From an uncultured cyanobacterium (GTDB taxonomy: Bacteria > Cyanobacteriota > Cyanobacteriia > Cyanobacteriales > Cyanobacteriaceae), in NCBI GenBank assembly GCA_963749915.1, contig CAVVOP010000008.1, forward strand, positions 320,001-384,000: 64,000 bases of DNA. Reading direction: 5' to 3'. A program made the position numbers and the translations under genes. Under the pieces are notes generated by a model. The model was not told where the DNA came from. It did no database searches and worked only from the letters and a program-made list of their open reading frames with translations. Shown one piece after another: positions 33,492-44,907 of this stretch; the stretch's first letter is position 1, and every line of letters begins with the position of its first letter.

Positions 33492-35953
33492 CTACGCAAA
33501 GTCACGGCGAATTGTTTAGTTAAAGATTCTCTAATTTTATTATGAATAGGATCAACATCGCTATCTTTAAGAGTACCATCAGGGGATCGATATACTAAAC
33601 TAAAGGCCAAACTGCGCTTCCCTTCCTCGACATTTTGCCCTTTATACTCATCAAATAATTTAACATCCACCAAAGTTTTACCTCCGGCTTTACGCATCGC
33701 CGTGGTCAGATCTCCTACCGTTAAATCCATAGGTGCAAAGAAAGCTAAATCGCGAGCAACGCCGGGATAAGTCGAGTAGGCTTTGAAAGTAGGAGTTTTT
33801 AGGTATTTTTGGTCTAAATAGGCGATTAAGGGCTCTAATTTTAACTCAAACACATAAACGCTATTGGGTAAGTCTTTTTCTTGTCGCAATTGAGGATGAA
33901 TTTGCCCAAAAACGCCGATTTTGGTCTTATTTAACCATAAAGAAGCAGTACGTCCCGGATGTAAACGCTTATCTTCAGAATAGGCTTGATAAGTGATAGG
34001 TGCTTTTAAATTATTAAATAGACTCTCCAAAATACCTTTGGCCTCATACCATGTCATCGGTTTAGGCTTACCGCTAGTTGTCCAGATACCATCAGAGTAT
34101 AAATCACCGCCGATAATACCTCCTAAAGCATCACCCTCACACATTTTACCGTTTTCAAGCCAAAAAACTCGTCCAAGTTCAAAACTCTTTAAATACCCGT
34201 TCCCTTGGGCTTGGTTGTATTCAAAAGCATTAATTAAACCGTCAACTAAGTTACTGCGCAGGGCTGAATATTCGCTAAATAAGGGGTTAGCGATTTTAAT
34301 TTCCCCTTGATTCGGACTTACTAAGGAATATTGCACTAATTCCGTTAAGCCTAAACCCCTTAAATTTGCCCTAATTTGTCTTTGAATCTGTACTGATGAG
34401 GGTAAATAACCGACTTGGGATTGAGCGGGTAAAGTATCAGTAAAATGGTCATAACCGTACAGTCTTGCCACTTCTTCAATTAAGTCGATTTCTCTTTCTA
34501 AATCACGATAACGGTAAGAAGGCACCGTGACAAGCCATACTAAAGGATTTTCTGTCTTAACTTTCAATTGACAACCTAAGTCCCCTAAAATTCTTTCAAC
34601 ATCTTCAGGTAAAACATTCCCTAAACTCTTTTCTTCCCCTTCTAAGGGATGCTTAGAAAAAGTTTCTACTTTAACTTTACCTAACACTTGATGAAGGCGA
34701 TGGCATCTTAACTCAATGGTATTGGTGAAATTTTCTGGGCGATTATCAGCGATAACTTGGGTAGTAACTTTTCCTTCTGCTAACTCAGTAATAAGTGTTA
34801 GCGCACGATTTAAGGCTTTTTCTAACTCTACCTGATTAACTCCCCTTTCATAACGAGTAGAGGCTTCTGTGCGAATACCCTGAGTTTTGGCACTTCGGCG
34901 GATGGGTACAGGCTCAAATAACGCTGCCTCCATTACGATATTTTGGGTGTTATTATCTACTTCACTATCTTCTCCTCCCATAACTCCTGCTAAAGCAACG
35001 GGTTTATTATTGACAGTGATCAGTAAATTTTGTGCTTTTAAGTCTCTTTTTTGCCCATCTAAGGTAGTAATCGTTTCCTTTTCACTAGCAAAGCGCACCC
35101 CGATAGTTAAATCTTCACTTTTGGCAATGTTGTACAACTTTTCTCTATCAAAAGCATGTAAAGGTTGCCCCCATTCTAAGAGAATATAGTTGGTTACATC
35201 GACAACATTATTAATTGGTCGCACTCCTGCAGATTCCAAACGCCATTGTAACCACTGAGGAGAAGATGCAATTTTCACATTTTCAATTATTGTACCAATA
35301 TAAGCAGTACAAGCGGAAGTTTCTAGAATTTCAACTTTTAGGTTTTGGTTATCGGTGGTGTTAATGTCCCCTGTAATTTCGGGTAAAGTCAAATCTCCTG
35401 CTGTCAAAGCCGCTACCTCCCTCGCAACTCCTACCATACTTAAGGCATCGGCACGGTTAGCAGTGGCAGTAATATCTAAAATTACGTCATCTAATCCTAA
35501 TAAGGGACGCACATCTTGTCCAGGGGTTAAGTCTCCTTCTAAGATTTTTATACCCTCGCTTTCCTTTGCCAAGCCTAACTCTGCCAATGAGCAGATCATG
35601 CCTTTACTGTCAACCCCTCTTAATTTGGTGGGTTTTAGTTTTAAGTCAATTTTCGGTAAATAACTACCCAAAGTTGCCACAGGCACAAATATATCTTTTT
35701 TAATATTGGGTGCACCACAAACAATCTGAGAGGGGGTTTGAGCGCCAATGTCCACCTGACAAACACTGAGTTTATCGGCATTGGGATGGCGATCGCATTC
35801 TAAAACTTTACCCACAACCACACCATCTGCCCATGTGCGTCTATCTTCCATATTTTCCACTTCAAAACCGGCAATAGTAAGAGTTTTTGCCAATTCTTCA
35901 GGAGAAACGTTTATTTTAACTAATTCTTGTAACCAATTGATAGAGATACGCAT
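33488..35953 (-). CDS. pheT: phenylalanine-tRNA ligase beta subunit
   Basis: [51 protein letters not shown]-terminus. Confidence 0.97.
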   Translation of the reverse strand: MRISINWLQELVKINVSPEELAKTLTIAGFEVENMEDRRTWADGVVVGKVLECDRHPNADKLSVCQVDIGAQTPSQIVCGAPNIKKDIFVPVATLGSYLPKIDLKLKPTKLRGVDSKGMICSLAELGLAKESEGIKILEGDLTPGQDVRPLLGLDDVILDITATANRADALSMVGVAREVAALTAGDLTLPEITGDINTTDNQNLKVEILETSACTAYIGTIIENVKIASSPQWLQWRLESAGVRPINNVVDVTNYILLEWGQPLHAFDREKLYNIAKSEDLTIGVRFASEKETITTLDGQKRDLKAQNLLITVNNKPVALAGVMGGEDSEVDNNTQNIVMEAALFEPVPIRRSAKTQGIRTEASTRYERGVNQVELEKALNRALTLITELAEGKVTTQVIADNRPENFTNTIELRCHRLHQVLGKVKVETFSKHPLEGEEKSLGNVLPEDVERILGDLGCQLKVKTENPLVWLVTVPSYRYRDLEREIDLIEEVARLYGYDHFTDTLPAQSQVGYLPSSVQIQRQIRANLRGLGLTELVQYSLVSPNQGEIKIANPLFSEYSALRSNLVDGLINAFEYNQAQGNGYLKSFELGRVFWLENGKMCEGDALGGIIGGDLYSDGIWTTSGKPKPMTWYEAKGILESLFNNLKAPITYQAYSEDKRLHPGRTASLWLNKTKIGVFGQIHPQLRQEKDLPNSVYVFELKLEPLIAYLDQKYLKTPTFKAYSTYPGVARDLAFFAPMDLTVGDLTTAMRKAGGKTLVDVKLFDEYKGQNVEEGKRSLAFSLVYRSPDGTLKDSDVDPIHNKIRESLTKQFAVTLRS

Positions 35954-36247
35954 TGCTTAAATATAAAGTTAGTAGTGTGATGATATAATCTCTTATTATT
36001 AAAAGATTATAAGCTGAGCTGAACCAGAATCCCCCTTTACCGTTAATTTTTAGTGCAAACTTCGGTGATAATTATCAATTATCAAAATTTATTTGGTTTA
36101 GGGAAAGTTATTTCATCATTGGCCACTGTTATGGAATGTTTGACGATGACGCCAATGATAAAGTAAATTTGGCGAAATTTTTTACTCATCCAAAAGGCAG
36201 TTGATAGTTACTAATTATTTATTTTTTATTGTTTATTGTCAATGGAT

Positions 36248-37900
36248 TCACTCCCAGATGGGGCAACTTAAATCCCCTGCTTTACGAGAAAAACGTATAT
36301 TTTCCGCATAATCTACGGGGCAATCGATCACAGCAGGAACATCTTGGTCTAAGGCCGTCTTGAGGGTAGAGATTAAATCGTCAGCAGAGCTGACTCTATA
36401 GCCCTTTAAGCCCATGCTTTCGGCAAATTTGACAAAATCAGGGTTACCAAAGTCAACATAACTTTTCGAGCCAAACTGATTCATTTGTTTCCAACCGATT
36501 AAGCCGTAACCATTATCATTAAAAATTAAGGTGACAAAGGGGGTTTTTACCCTCAAAGCAGTTTCCAATTCTTGGCAATTCATCATAAATCCACCATCTC
36601 CAGTTACCGCCACTACTTTTTTTTCGGGATGTACTAATTTTGCGGCAACGGCCCCCGGAATCGCTATACCCATAGCGGCAAAACCGTTGGAGATAAGACA
36701 AGTATTAGGGCATTCACAATGGTAATGTCTTGCCATCCACATTTTATGAGCACCTACATCCGAGATAACAATGTCTTCTGAACCCATTACCTGCCTTAAA
36801 TCATAGACAATTTTTTGAGGTTTAATGGGGAAACCCTCATCATGGGCATATTGTTCATAATCTTCTCGTATCTCATTACGTAAAGAAGCGGCAAAGGGTA
36901 AAGGCTTACCAGTGCGATCGCATCTTTTTAAAATTTCGTCTAAAGAATCAGCAATATCACCAATTACTTCAACGATGGGAATATAACTACTGTCGATCTC
37001 TGCGGAATGGTTCCCAATATGGATAATGGGAGTTTGACCATCAGGATTCCAACGTTTCGGAGAATACTCAATTAAATCATAGCCGACCGCAATAATAAGG
37101 TCCGCCTGTTCAAAGGCACAAGTGATAAAGTCTCGTTGTTGTAAACCTACAGTCCATAATGATAATGGGTGGACATAAGGAATTGCCCCCTTACCCATAA
37201 AAGTATTCGCTACCGGAATGTTTAAACGAGTGGCAAACTCCGTTAAAGCATCCGCCGCATTTGCTCTAATTGCCCCATTTCCTGTTAATATTAAGGGGTT
37301 TTTTGCTTTGGCGATGGCGATGGATGCGGCATTTACACTACGATAAGAAGCATAAATTTTTTCTCGATTATAAATGCGTAATGGCAGTCCTTCCACTGGC
37401 ATTGCCGCAATATTTTCTGGTAAATCTATATGTACTGCACCGGGTTTCTCTTGTTCCGCTACTTTAAACGCCTTACGCACAACTTCAGGAGTAATTCCAG
37501 GACGCACAATTTGTTTATTCCACTTCGTGACGGGGGCAAACATCGCCACTAAATCAAGGTATTGATGTGATTCTATATGCATCCTATCCGTGCCAACTTG
37601 TCCTGTAATCGCCACTAAAGGTGCACCATCTAAATTAGCATCCGCCACCCCTGTCATTAAATTTGTAGCACCAGGTCCAAGGGTAGAAAGACAAACACCA
37701 GCCTTCCCCGTTAAACGCCCATAAACATCTGCCATAAAAGCCGCACCCTGTTCATGACGAGTGGTGATAAACTGAATAGAGGAGTTTTTTAAAGCCTCAA
37801 GAACGTGTAAATTTTCTTCTCCGGGTAAACCGAAAATATATTCTACACCTTCATTTTCCAAACAGTTAATTAACAATTCTGCGGTATTCATTTGCCCCAT
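36248..37900 (-). CDS. ThDP-dependent enzyme, probably cyanobacterial 2-oxoglutarate decarboxylase (often annotated as acetolactate synthase large subunit)
   Basis: GLPGEENL, RHEQGAAFMADVYGR, RMHIESHQYLD, GDGGFMMN; resembles the Sll1981/OgdA subgroup. Confidence 0.8.
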   Translation of the reverse strand: MGQMNTAELLINCLENEGVEYIFGLPGEENLHVLEALKNSSIQFITTRHEQGAAFMADVYGRLTGKAGVCLSTLGPGATNLMTGVADANLDGAPLVAITGQVGTDRMHIESHQYLDLVAMFAPVTKWNKQIVRPGITPEVVRKAFKVAEQEKPGAVHIDLPENIAAMPVEGLPLRIYNREKIYASYRSVNAASIAIAKAKNPLILTGNGAIRANAADALTEFATRLNIPVANTFMGKGAIPYVHPLSLWTVGLQQRDFITCAFEQADLIIAVGYDLIEYSPKRWNPDGQTPIIHIGNHSAEIDSSYIPIVEVIGDIADSLDEILKRCDRTGKPLPFAASLRNEIREDYEQYAHDEGFPIKPQKIVYDLRQVMGSEDIVISDVGAHKMWMARHYHCECPNTCLISNGFAAMGIAIPGAVAAKLVHPEKKVVAVTGDGGFMMNCQELETALRVKTPFVTLIFNDNGYGLIGWKQMNQFGSKSYVDFGNPDFVKFAESMGLKGYRVSSADDLISTLKTALDQDVPAVIDCPVDYAENIRFSRKAGDLSCPIWE

Positions 37901-38032
37901 GATTTTGTCCCCAATTTTTTGATTATGTTAAATGTTGTTGCTATATTCTGAAAAAAGGCGGTTCATTAAACCTCCCACGAGAATTTGTATCATATATACC
38001 AATATAAACTTTTTCATTAAGAGATCATCAGT

Positions 38033-38644
38033 GTGAATTCAAGTAATCCTCCAGTTTTTCCACCAAATTTGCCCCCTGATTCTAATTATCCCTTAGATCA
38101 TCCGGCTATAGGTATTCCTCACCATCCTTTACAATATCGGGCTATTGGCATTATTCAAGCCAAGTATCAACCCCTAGAAGATAAACTTACTAAAGGGATT
38201 ATTACTTCTGATAATCAAACTTTTGAAACAGTATTATTGGGTAAAACTATTAGTGCTGTTAAAAATCACATTGATTTAAACAAACTGCAAAATTGGGTGG
38301 TTTATCCCCATACGATACCCGAAACTGAACAAATACATTTTCAAATTGCCGGTGTTTATATACCTAAAAATCTTAGCCGTGATAACGCTTTACCACCTAA
38401 TTATTTTTCCATTCGAGGAGAAGTGCTATATTCTTCTAAACGGGAACAAAAAGTCATTGTCAAAATATGTAAAAATAACACTTTATCTAGTAGGAGAGTC
38501 AGCTTTTTTAAACTGGAATTGCAAGGAAAAATACCTGATCATACGATTAAACATTTTTACTCTTTTAGTACTGTTCTTGAGGAAAAAAAACTGGTCATCA
38601 AAAATTATATCGATTTAGGTCTAATTGCCGCCAATTTCCGATAG
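38033..38644 (+). CDS. conserved hypothetical protein
   Basis: 203-aa ORF; QYRAIG..., WVVYP, YFSIRGEV motifs seen in cyanobacterial hypothetical proteins. Confidence 0.7.
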   Translation: MNSSNPPVFPPNLPPDSNYPLDHPAIGIPHHPLQYRAIGIIQAKYQPLEDKLTKGIITSDNQTFETVLLGKTISAVKNHIDLNKLQNWVVYPHTIPETEQIHFQIAGVYIPKNLSRDNALPPNYFSIRGEVLYSSKREQKVIVKICKNNTLSSRRVSFFKLELQGKIPDHTIKHFYSFSTVLEEKKLVIKNYIDLGLIAANFR

Positions 38645-38668
38645 ACGTCTCCAAAAACTAAATTACTA

Positions 38669-40276
38669 CTAATAGTTGTTCATTGTCAATGGTAAATCCG
38701 CTTCTTTTTTGGCTTGTATCGACGCATAAAGACGATTTAAGGCACTAATATAAGCACGGGCAGAGGCGACAATTATATCTGTATTAGCCGCATAACCAGA
38801 ATAAGTTTTATTTCCATGTTTCAAGCGAATCGTTACTTCTCCCATAGCGTCAATGCCTGCGGTAACAGATTTGACAGAATATTCGATCAATTCATTGGGA
38901 ATATTGACGACACGATTAATGGCTTTATAGATGGCATCAACGGGACCTGTACCAATGGAAGCATCCCTTAATTCTTTTCCTTCAGGGTTACGAATGCTAA
39001 CAGTAGCGGTGGGGACAGAATGATCGCCACAAGAAACTTGTACTAACTCAAGACGAAAAAGTTCGGGAGGTTGTTGAATTTCATCGTTGACGATGGCTTC
39101 TAAATCCCAATCGGTAATTTCCCTTTTTTTGTCGGCTACTTCTTTGAAATGCAAAAAGGCTTTATTTAACTCGTCTTCTGATAATTCAAATCCCAATTCT
39201 TGCAAACGGGTTCGGAACGCATTACGACCTGAAAGTTTGCCGAGTACGATTTGATTGGCAGTTAAACCAATGGATTCTGCGTCCATGATTTCGTAGGTAA
39301 GGCGGTTTTTTAACACACCATCTTGGTGGATACCAGATTCGTGCGCAAAGGCATTCGCACCGACAATGGCTTTATTCGGTTGCACCATCATGCCTGTAAG
39401 GTTAGATACTAAACGAGAGGTTTTGTAAATTCGCTTGGTGTCTATATTTGTCAGTGGTTCAGTAGAATTAACATCTCTGCCCAAGAAGGGATTAAAATAT
39501 TGACGACGCACATGAAGTGCCATAACTAATTCTTCCAGGGCGGCATTTCCTGCCCTTTCGCCGATCCCATTAATGGTACATTCCAACTGTCTTGCACCAT
39601 TTTTCACTGCTTCGAGGAAATTAGCCACTGCTAACCCTAAATCGTTGTGACCATGAACGGAGATAATGGCTTGGTCAATATTAGGCACATTATCTTTAAT
39701 TCCTTTGATGATTGCACCATATTCACTGGGGGTGGTATAACCGACAGTATCAGGTATATTCACAGTAGTTGCCCCTGCTGCGATCGCTAATTCCAATACC
39801 TGATAAAGGAATTCGGGATCACTACGTCCGGCATCTTCAGGGGAAAATTCGACATCATCGGTGAAAGTTTTTGCATAGGCAACCATTTCCGGCACGATTA
39901 CCAATACGTCAGCACGAGTTTTTTTTAGTTTATATTCTAAGTGAATATCAGAGGTAGCTAAAAATGTATGAATTCGGCGTTTAAACGCTGGCCTTAGGGC
40001 TTCTCCAGCACTTTTGATGTCTTTTTGGGTTGCACGGGCTAAACCACAAATTGTGGGACCATTTTCTGTGCCCACGGTTTCAGCAATTCGTTGTACGGCA
40101 TTAAAATCTCCTTGACTAGCGTGGGGAAAACCCGCCTCGATGACGTCAACACCCAATTTAGCCAAAGCACGGGCAATATTTAGTTTTTCCTCTACGTTTA
40201 AACTTGCCCCCGGAGATTGTTCTCCATCACGCAATGTGGTATCAAATATAATAATTCTATCTGGCTGGTTTGTCAT
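38669..40276 (-). CDS. leuA: 2-isopropylmalate synthase
   Basis: [35 protein letters not shown], regulatory domain GTGPVDA. Confidence 0.97.
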   Translation of the reverse strand: MTNQPDRIIIFDTTLRDGEQSPGASLNVEEKLNIARALAKLGVDVIEAGFPHASQGDFNAVQRIAETVGTENGPTICGLARATQKDIKSAGEALRPAFKRRIHTFLATSDIHLEYKLKKTRADVLVIVPEMVAYAKTFTDDVEFSPEDAGRSDPEFLYQVLELAIAAGATTVNIPDTVGYTTPSEYGAIIKGIKDNVPNIDQAIISVHGHNDLGLAVANFLEAVKNGARQLECTINGIGERAGNAALEELVMALHVRRQYFNPFLGRDVNSTEPLTNIDTKRIYKTSRLVSNLTGMMVQPNKAIVGANAFAHESGIHQDGVLKNRLTYEIMDAESIGLTANQIVLGKLSGRNAFRTRLQELGFELSEDELNKAFLHFKEVADKKREITDWDLEAIVNDEIQQPPELFRLELVQVSCGDHSVPTATVSIRNPEGKELRDASIGTGPVDAIYKAINRVVNIPNELIEYSVKSVTAGIDAMGEVTIRLKHGNKTYSGYAANTDIIVASARAYISALNRLYASIQAKKEADLPLTMNNY

Positions 40277-40387
40277 ATCTTAAAATAAAATTTTGAGTGG
40301 ATTTACCAACATATAATATTTAAGCCTTTCTGGATCCATCATAGACTAAAAATCAGGGATATAACTTATAAATATGAAATTTTCAAA

Positions 40388-41146
40388 CTAAAGATTTATG
40401 ATTAAAGGGGATTTTTTTTTGGTGAAAAAATAAGGGGAAGATTGATTTTTATAGGTAAATGTTTTTAAAGAATATCCCCTTAATTCTCTTGGTAACAACA
40501 TATCCCATTGTACCTCGGAAAATATCCATAAGTTACTCATCATGACTAAACCCGTGACCCCAAATTGCCATCCACTAACAGAAGGTAAAATGAGGATGGT
40601 GAGGCCATGAATTATGGCCGCAACAAAAAAAGCTCTCGATCGCATTCCCCAACCTGTGAATAAATAACCGATACTGCTTAAAATTAACCATAATGCGCAC
40701 AGGTGAGATAGCATAAAACCGCAATGGTAAACGACGGCATAATCCGTAATCAATATACCTACAAGCATCAAAAAAACCCAAGTATAAAGCAACCATGAAA
40801 TTTTTTCTAACACTGTCCAAGGGTGAGTTAGAGTGGTCATGGCTATAACGCCAACAAGAGTAATAATAGACCAAAAAAGGGCTTGAGTTGTCCAGCTAAC
40901 AGGGGAAAATTGAGCTGTCATAAAAATTATGGCGGCAATAAATCCCCAAACAGTCATTGCTTGATCTATGCAGGTATAAATTCCTGATAAATTTATGATT
41001 TCTAAGGGTTTGATGATTAAACATTTCATCAATGTCAACTGTTGCGGATTGGTGGAGTATTGCTTTTTTTGTAAAATTGGTTGCCCGGGCTTAAAAAAAT
41101 GCATTATAAAATTAAAGAATGAGATGTATTTTAATATTTGTAACAA
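40388..41146 (-). CDS. hypothetical membrane protein
   Basis: multi-TM ORF; start probably at ATG 41104. Confidence 0.7.
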   Translation of the reverse strand: MLQILKYISFFNFIMHFFKPGQPILQKKQYSTNPQQLTLMKCLIIKPLEIINLSGIYTCIDQAMTVWGFIAAIIFMTAQFSPVSWTTQALFWSIITLVGVIAMTTLTHPWTVLEKISWLLYTWVFLMLVGILITDYAVVYHCGFMLSHLCALWLILSSIGYLFTGWGMRSRAFFVAAIIHGLTILILPSVSGWQFGVTGLVMMSNLWIFSEVQWDMLLPRELRGYSLKTFTYKNQSSPYFFTKKKSPLIINL

Positions 41147-41433
41147 AAGTTAATATTCTCTCATTTTAAAACAAGATGGACAATTTGGTTTTTTTTGGTC
41201 AGGATTGTTTCGACTGTTAATGTATATAATTTCTTTTTTTTCCTTTAAAGACTATTTTTTCTATAGGTTTATTTTTTCCATGGCTTTTTCGTTAATTTTT
41301 AATTTTTAGTCTAAACCCCTGTAATTCAATAATCCTCAAATGTGCTGGGTTCTGGAAATGAAAGATCATAAAAAGATGATAAGATTTTTTCATGATCCCT
41401 AGGATTATTTGAGGATAAAACGAGTTTCTGGTA

Positions 41434-41889
41434 CTAAACCACACCTTGTAAAGTGGGAATAAAATCCTCTCCTATAGTGGTGGCGTATTGGTGTGCGAAT
41501 GCTTCAGGGAAACCCCGATCAATTTCCCTCATGGTTGCCTGTTTAGCTTCGAGTGCAACTTGTAATACTTTCATTGCTTCTTTAGGTTGTCCTTCACCGC
41601 AGAAAAATAAATCCGCAGCGAAGTAGCCATATTCGGGCCAAGTGTGAATTGCAATATGAGATTCCGCTAAAGTAACGGTAGCTGTTACCCCATGGGGACT
41701 AAATTGGTGTACACACATATCTATTAAAGTTGCTTTTCCAGCCTTAATAGCATCTAACAAGCCTTGACGGATTCTTTCTGGATTGTTTAAAAGATCTGCT
41801 GGTGCTTGCCAAGCATCTACCACTAAATGTGTGCCCACTTTGTTCATTCTTGTCAACTCACTCCATACTGTGTTTGCTAATAGGGACAA
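41434..41889 (-). CDS. speD: S-adenosylmethionine decarboxylase proenzyme
   Basis: GTHLVVD, HQFSPHGVT, LAESHIAIHTWPEYG, DLFFCG; start probably MNKVG. Confidence 0.9.
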   Translation of the reverse strand: MSLLANTVWSELTRMNKVGTHLVVDAWQAPADLLNNPERIRQGLLDAIKAGKATLIDMCVHQFSPHGVTATVTLAESHIAIHTWPEYGYFAADLFFCGEGQPKEAMKVLQVALEAKQATMREIDRGFPEAFAHQYATTIGEDFIPTLQGVV

Positions 41890-42169
41890 TTGATTTTAAC
41901 AGATTTTTTTTGTCGGCTCATCCAAAACCCAGTTTATGTTTTTTCGACCGTTGTAGTAAAAGTTGAGTGTGCATAGTAAGGTTAAGATAAGGTAAAGACA
42001 AAAATCACCCGGAGACTAATGATATGCAAATTGACATTTATTTGTCAAGTGTTTATCTAAAGTTACTTACTAATTGGTAATTGTCAATTTGTTAATTGTT
42101 TCCTATTTGCTAAGATAATAGTTCACGAACAAAAACAGAAATTGGTTTCTGGTAAAGAATAAAGATAAA

Positions 42170-43348
42170 ATGCTCAATCCTGATTTAGAAGCTATAGAAC
42201 TTAATAAAGATGAGTATGAGCGCTATGCTAGACATATTATTTTGCCCGAAGTGGGTTTAGAAGGGCAAAAACGTATTAAGGCGGCGAGTGTACTCTGTGT
42301 CGGTACTGGGGGATTAGGTTCCCCTCTGATTCTCTATTTAGCTGCCTCTGGCATTGGTAGAATAGGCATTGTTGATTTTGATGTTGTCGACAGTTCTAAC
42401 CTACAAAGGCAAGTTATTCACGGTACATCATGGGTCGGCAAACCGAAAATTGAGTCCGCCAAACATCGTATTTTAGAAATAAACCCCGATTGTCAAGTGG
42501 ATTTATACGAAACCCGTCTTAGTGCTGATAACGCCTTAGATATAATTGCTCCTTATGATGTAGTCATTGACGGTACAGATAACTTTCCCACCCGTTATCT
42601 CACCAATGACGCTTGTGTATTGTTGAATAAGCCTAACGTTTACGGCTCTATCTTCCGTTTTGAGGGACAAGCCACTGTATTCAACTATGAAGGAGGACCA
42701 AATTATCGTGACTTATATCCCGAACCACCACCGCCGGGAATGGTGCCTTCATGTGCGGAAGGAGGAGTTTTGGGAGTACTCCCTGGTATAATTGGTATTA
42801 TACAAGCTACTGAAACTATTAAAATTATTTTAGGAGCAGATAATACCCTCAGTGGGCGTTTATTACTTTACAACGCTTGGGATATGAAGTTTAGGGAGTT
42901 GAAACTAAGACCTAATCCTGAACGTCCTGTAATTGAAAAATTAATTGATTACGAACAATTTTGTGGTATTCCTCAAGCCCAAGCAGAAGAAGCCAAAGCC
43001 AAAAAAGAACTCCAAGAAATTACTGTTCACGATTTGAAATTCTTATTAGATAGTCACCCTCATGATTATGTTTTAATTGATGTACGCAACCCTAATGAAT
43101 ACGAAATAGCCAAGATTCCGGGATCTGTTTTAATTCCTTTACCAGATATCGAAAATGGTGAGGGTGTTCAAAAAGTGAAAGAATTAGTTGATGTTAGTGG
43201 TCATCGTCTTATTGCCCATTGTAAAATGGGTGGACGTTCAGCTAAGGCTTTACAAATTCTCAAAGAAGCAGGAATCGAGGGCATTAACCTTAAAGGAGGT
43301 ATTTTGGCATGGAGTAAAGAAGTTGATTCTACTGTGCCAGAATACTAA
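42170..43348 (+). CDS. moeB: molybdopterin-synthase adenylyltransferase with rhodanese domain
   Basis: RYARHI, GTGGLGSP, SNLQRQ, DGTDNF, SCAEGGVLG, rhodanese HCKMGGRS. Confidence 0.93.
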   Translation: MLNPDLEAIELNKDEYERYARHIILPEVGLEGQKRIKAASVLCVGTGGLGSPLILYLAASGIGRIGIVDFDVVDSSNLQRQVIHGTSWVGKPKIESAKHRILEINPDCQVDLYETRLSADNALDIIAPYDVVIDGTDNFPTRYLTNDACVLLNKPNVYGSIFRFEGQATVFNYEGGPNYRDLYPEPPPPGMVPSCAEGGVLGVLPGIIGIIQATETIKIILGADNTLSGRLLLYNAWDMKFRELKLRPNPERPVIEKLIDYEQFCGIPQAQAEEAKAKKELQEITVHDLKFLLDSHPHDYVLIDVRNPNEYEIAKIPGSVLIPLPDIENGEGVQKVKELVDVSGHRLIAHCKMGGRSAKALQILKEAGIEGINLKGGILAWSKEVDSTVPEY

Positions 43349-43424
43349 TTTTGGTCCCTATCTTCAATTCTGGGGGAATAGAAAAAATCCTCCAGGATCC
43401 GTCACCCGATTTGGGGGCTAATAT

Positions 43425-44087
43425 TTGATATATAATTTAGTTTTTAAATTTAAACCGATCATGAAAAGCATTTTTAAATTAACAACTCTGATTCTCGTTA
43501 CTCCTTCTTTATTTACCTTCATCTTTCCTGACAACGCTCAAGCTAACCAATTTGACGTTTGTCTCAAGCAATTAACCGCCAGCGGGGTTGACGTGGAAGA
43601 AGCTCAAACCGGTTGTGCAGATGCCTTAGTGCCTAGGGAATTATCGACTTGTGTGCGTACTATTAGTAATAACACAGAGATAACAGCCATCGATGCTCTT
43701 AAAAGTTGCTATCAGGTAAGAAGACCAGTAGATATGGGTAATTGTGTGGTTAGTATTAACAAGAATAGCATTTTAACCCTCGCAACTAAAAGTAATATGG
43801 AGAAAAAAGAAACAGAAGCGACAACAACTAATATGGAGAAAAAAGAAACAGAAGCGACAACAGAAACTAGTCAATTTGCTGCCACCGACGAGAATACCTT
43901 AATAACTAAAGTATCCCCCGTGATGATGGCATTAAACACCTGCCAAGCGAGTCTTTTACCTGCTAGACATTCTGAATGTGTAATCGCTTTATCTCGTACT
44001 CCACAAGTAACCGATCCCACCAAAGCAATGGAAACCTGTTTAAGTGCGGAAGATTTCCCTAGAGATTTATTTCCTTCTTACCAATAG
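43425..44087 (+). CDS. exported Cys-rich hypothetical protein
   Basis: signal peptide from ATG 43461; repeated C...RP.E/D...CV motif; internal 36-nt duplication. Confidence 0.75.
   Translation: MIYNLVFKFKPIMKSIFKLTTLILVTPSLFTFIFPDNAQANQFDVCLKQLTASGVDVEEAQTGCADALVPRELSTCVRTISNNTEITAIDALKSCYQVRRPVDMGNCVVSINKNSILTLATKSNMEKKETEATTTNMEKKETEATTETSQFAATDENTLITKVSPVMMALNTCQASLLPARHSECVIALSRTPQVTDPTKAMETCLSAEDFPRDLFPSYQ
43793..43862 (+). repeat. in-frame 36-nt tandem duplication (NMEKKETEATT x2)
   Basis: TAATATGGAGAAAAAAGAAACAGAAGCGACAACA is identical at 43793 and 43829. Confidence 0.95.
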
Positions 44088-44306
44088 TTAAGGAAGAGGA
44101 AATGGGAAACGGGGAATGGTCAAAATAAATAATTGATAGTTTCTGCATAGGACTTATTTATTTTGATTACCGGTTTTAGTATTCCCTCTCTGCTGAAAAC
44201 GGAGAAAACTTGAACAATTATTCATTAGACCTCTCCAAGAATTACCAAAAACAGGGGTGAAACTATAATGATTTCGTTAATAAATTAGAGTTTCTGGAGA
44301 TTTCTA

Positions 44307-44531
44307 TTATTCTTCGTCCCACTTTTTAACTACAATTATATCACTTACAGGATCTTGCATCGAAAAGCCGAAAGCTAATAATTCTGATTTGAGAAACTTC
44401 CAATCGTCCCCAAATAATAAGGCAATTTTACCGATATTATCATGGGGTTGAATAATTTGTGAATTGACGAGAGAAGATACTTTTTGTTGCAATTTCACCA
44501 TGGGGTGAAGCACTTGCTGCTTATTCCGCAT
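44307..44531 (-). CDS. DUF4327-family protein
   Basis: HPMVKLQ..V.SLV.S.II.P.D.I.KIALLFGD.W. Confidence 0.75.
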   Translation of the reverse strand: MRNKQQVLHPMVKLQQKVSSLVNSQIIQPHDNIGKIALLFGDDWKFLKSELLAFGFSMQDPVSDIIVVKKWDEE

Positions 44532-44750
44532 AAAGTTTTTTACTGTTACTAATACTGTTATAATGATTGTTGGTTAATTATTGGCTTAAGCCTTTACGAG
44601 AATAGCCTTTTATTTGCTGATTCTTATAAATCTCGTGATTAATACTTTGTAGCCAACATGGATGATAAGCAAATTTGAGTAGAAAATTATTGCTTATGAA
44701 TAGTCTATCACATCATAACATATTTTGCTAAGATTTTTTTTTAAAACTCC

Positions 44751-44866
44751 TAAGCCTTTAACGGTAAACTATCAACTATCAACGATTAAAGATGACTTAT
44801 TCTCCTAATTCTCAAGATATTCAAACCCTTTTTAATGACATTGTCATTAAGATTATCAAAAGGTAG
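44751..44866 (+). pseudogene. duplicated 5' fragment of menG/ubiE (left island boundary)
   Basis: 44792-44843 matches 57074-57125 at 46/52 nt (MTYSPNSQDIQTLFNDI vs MSSSPNSQDIQTLFNDI); upstream TAAGCCTTT..ACG..TCAACTATCAAC also shared; frame stops at 44864-44866. Confidence 0.88.
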
Positions 44867-44907
44867 AATATTTAAGATAAGAACAGCACTTCAAAAAATT
44901 TAAACCC

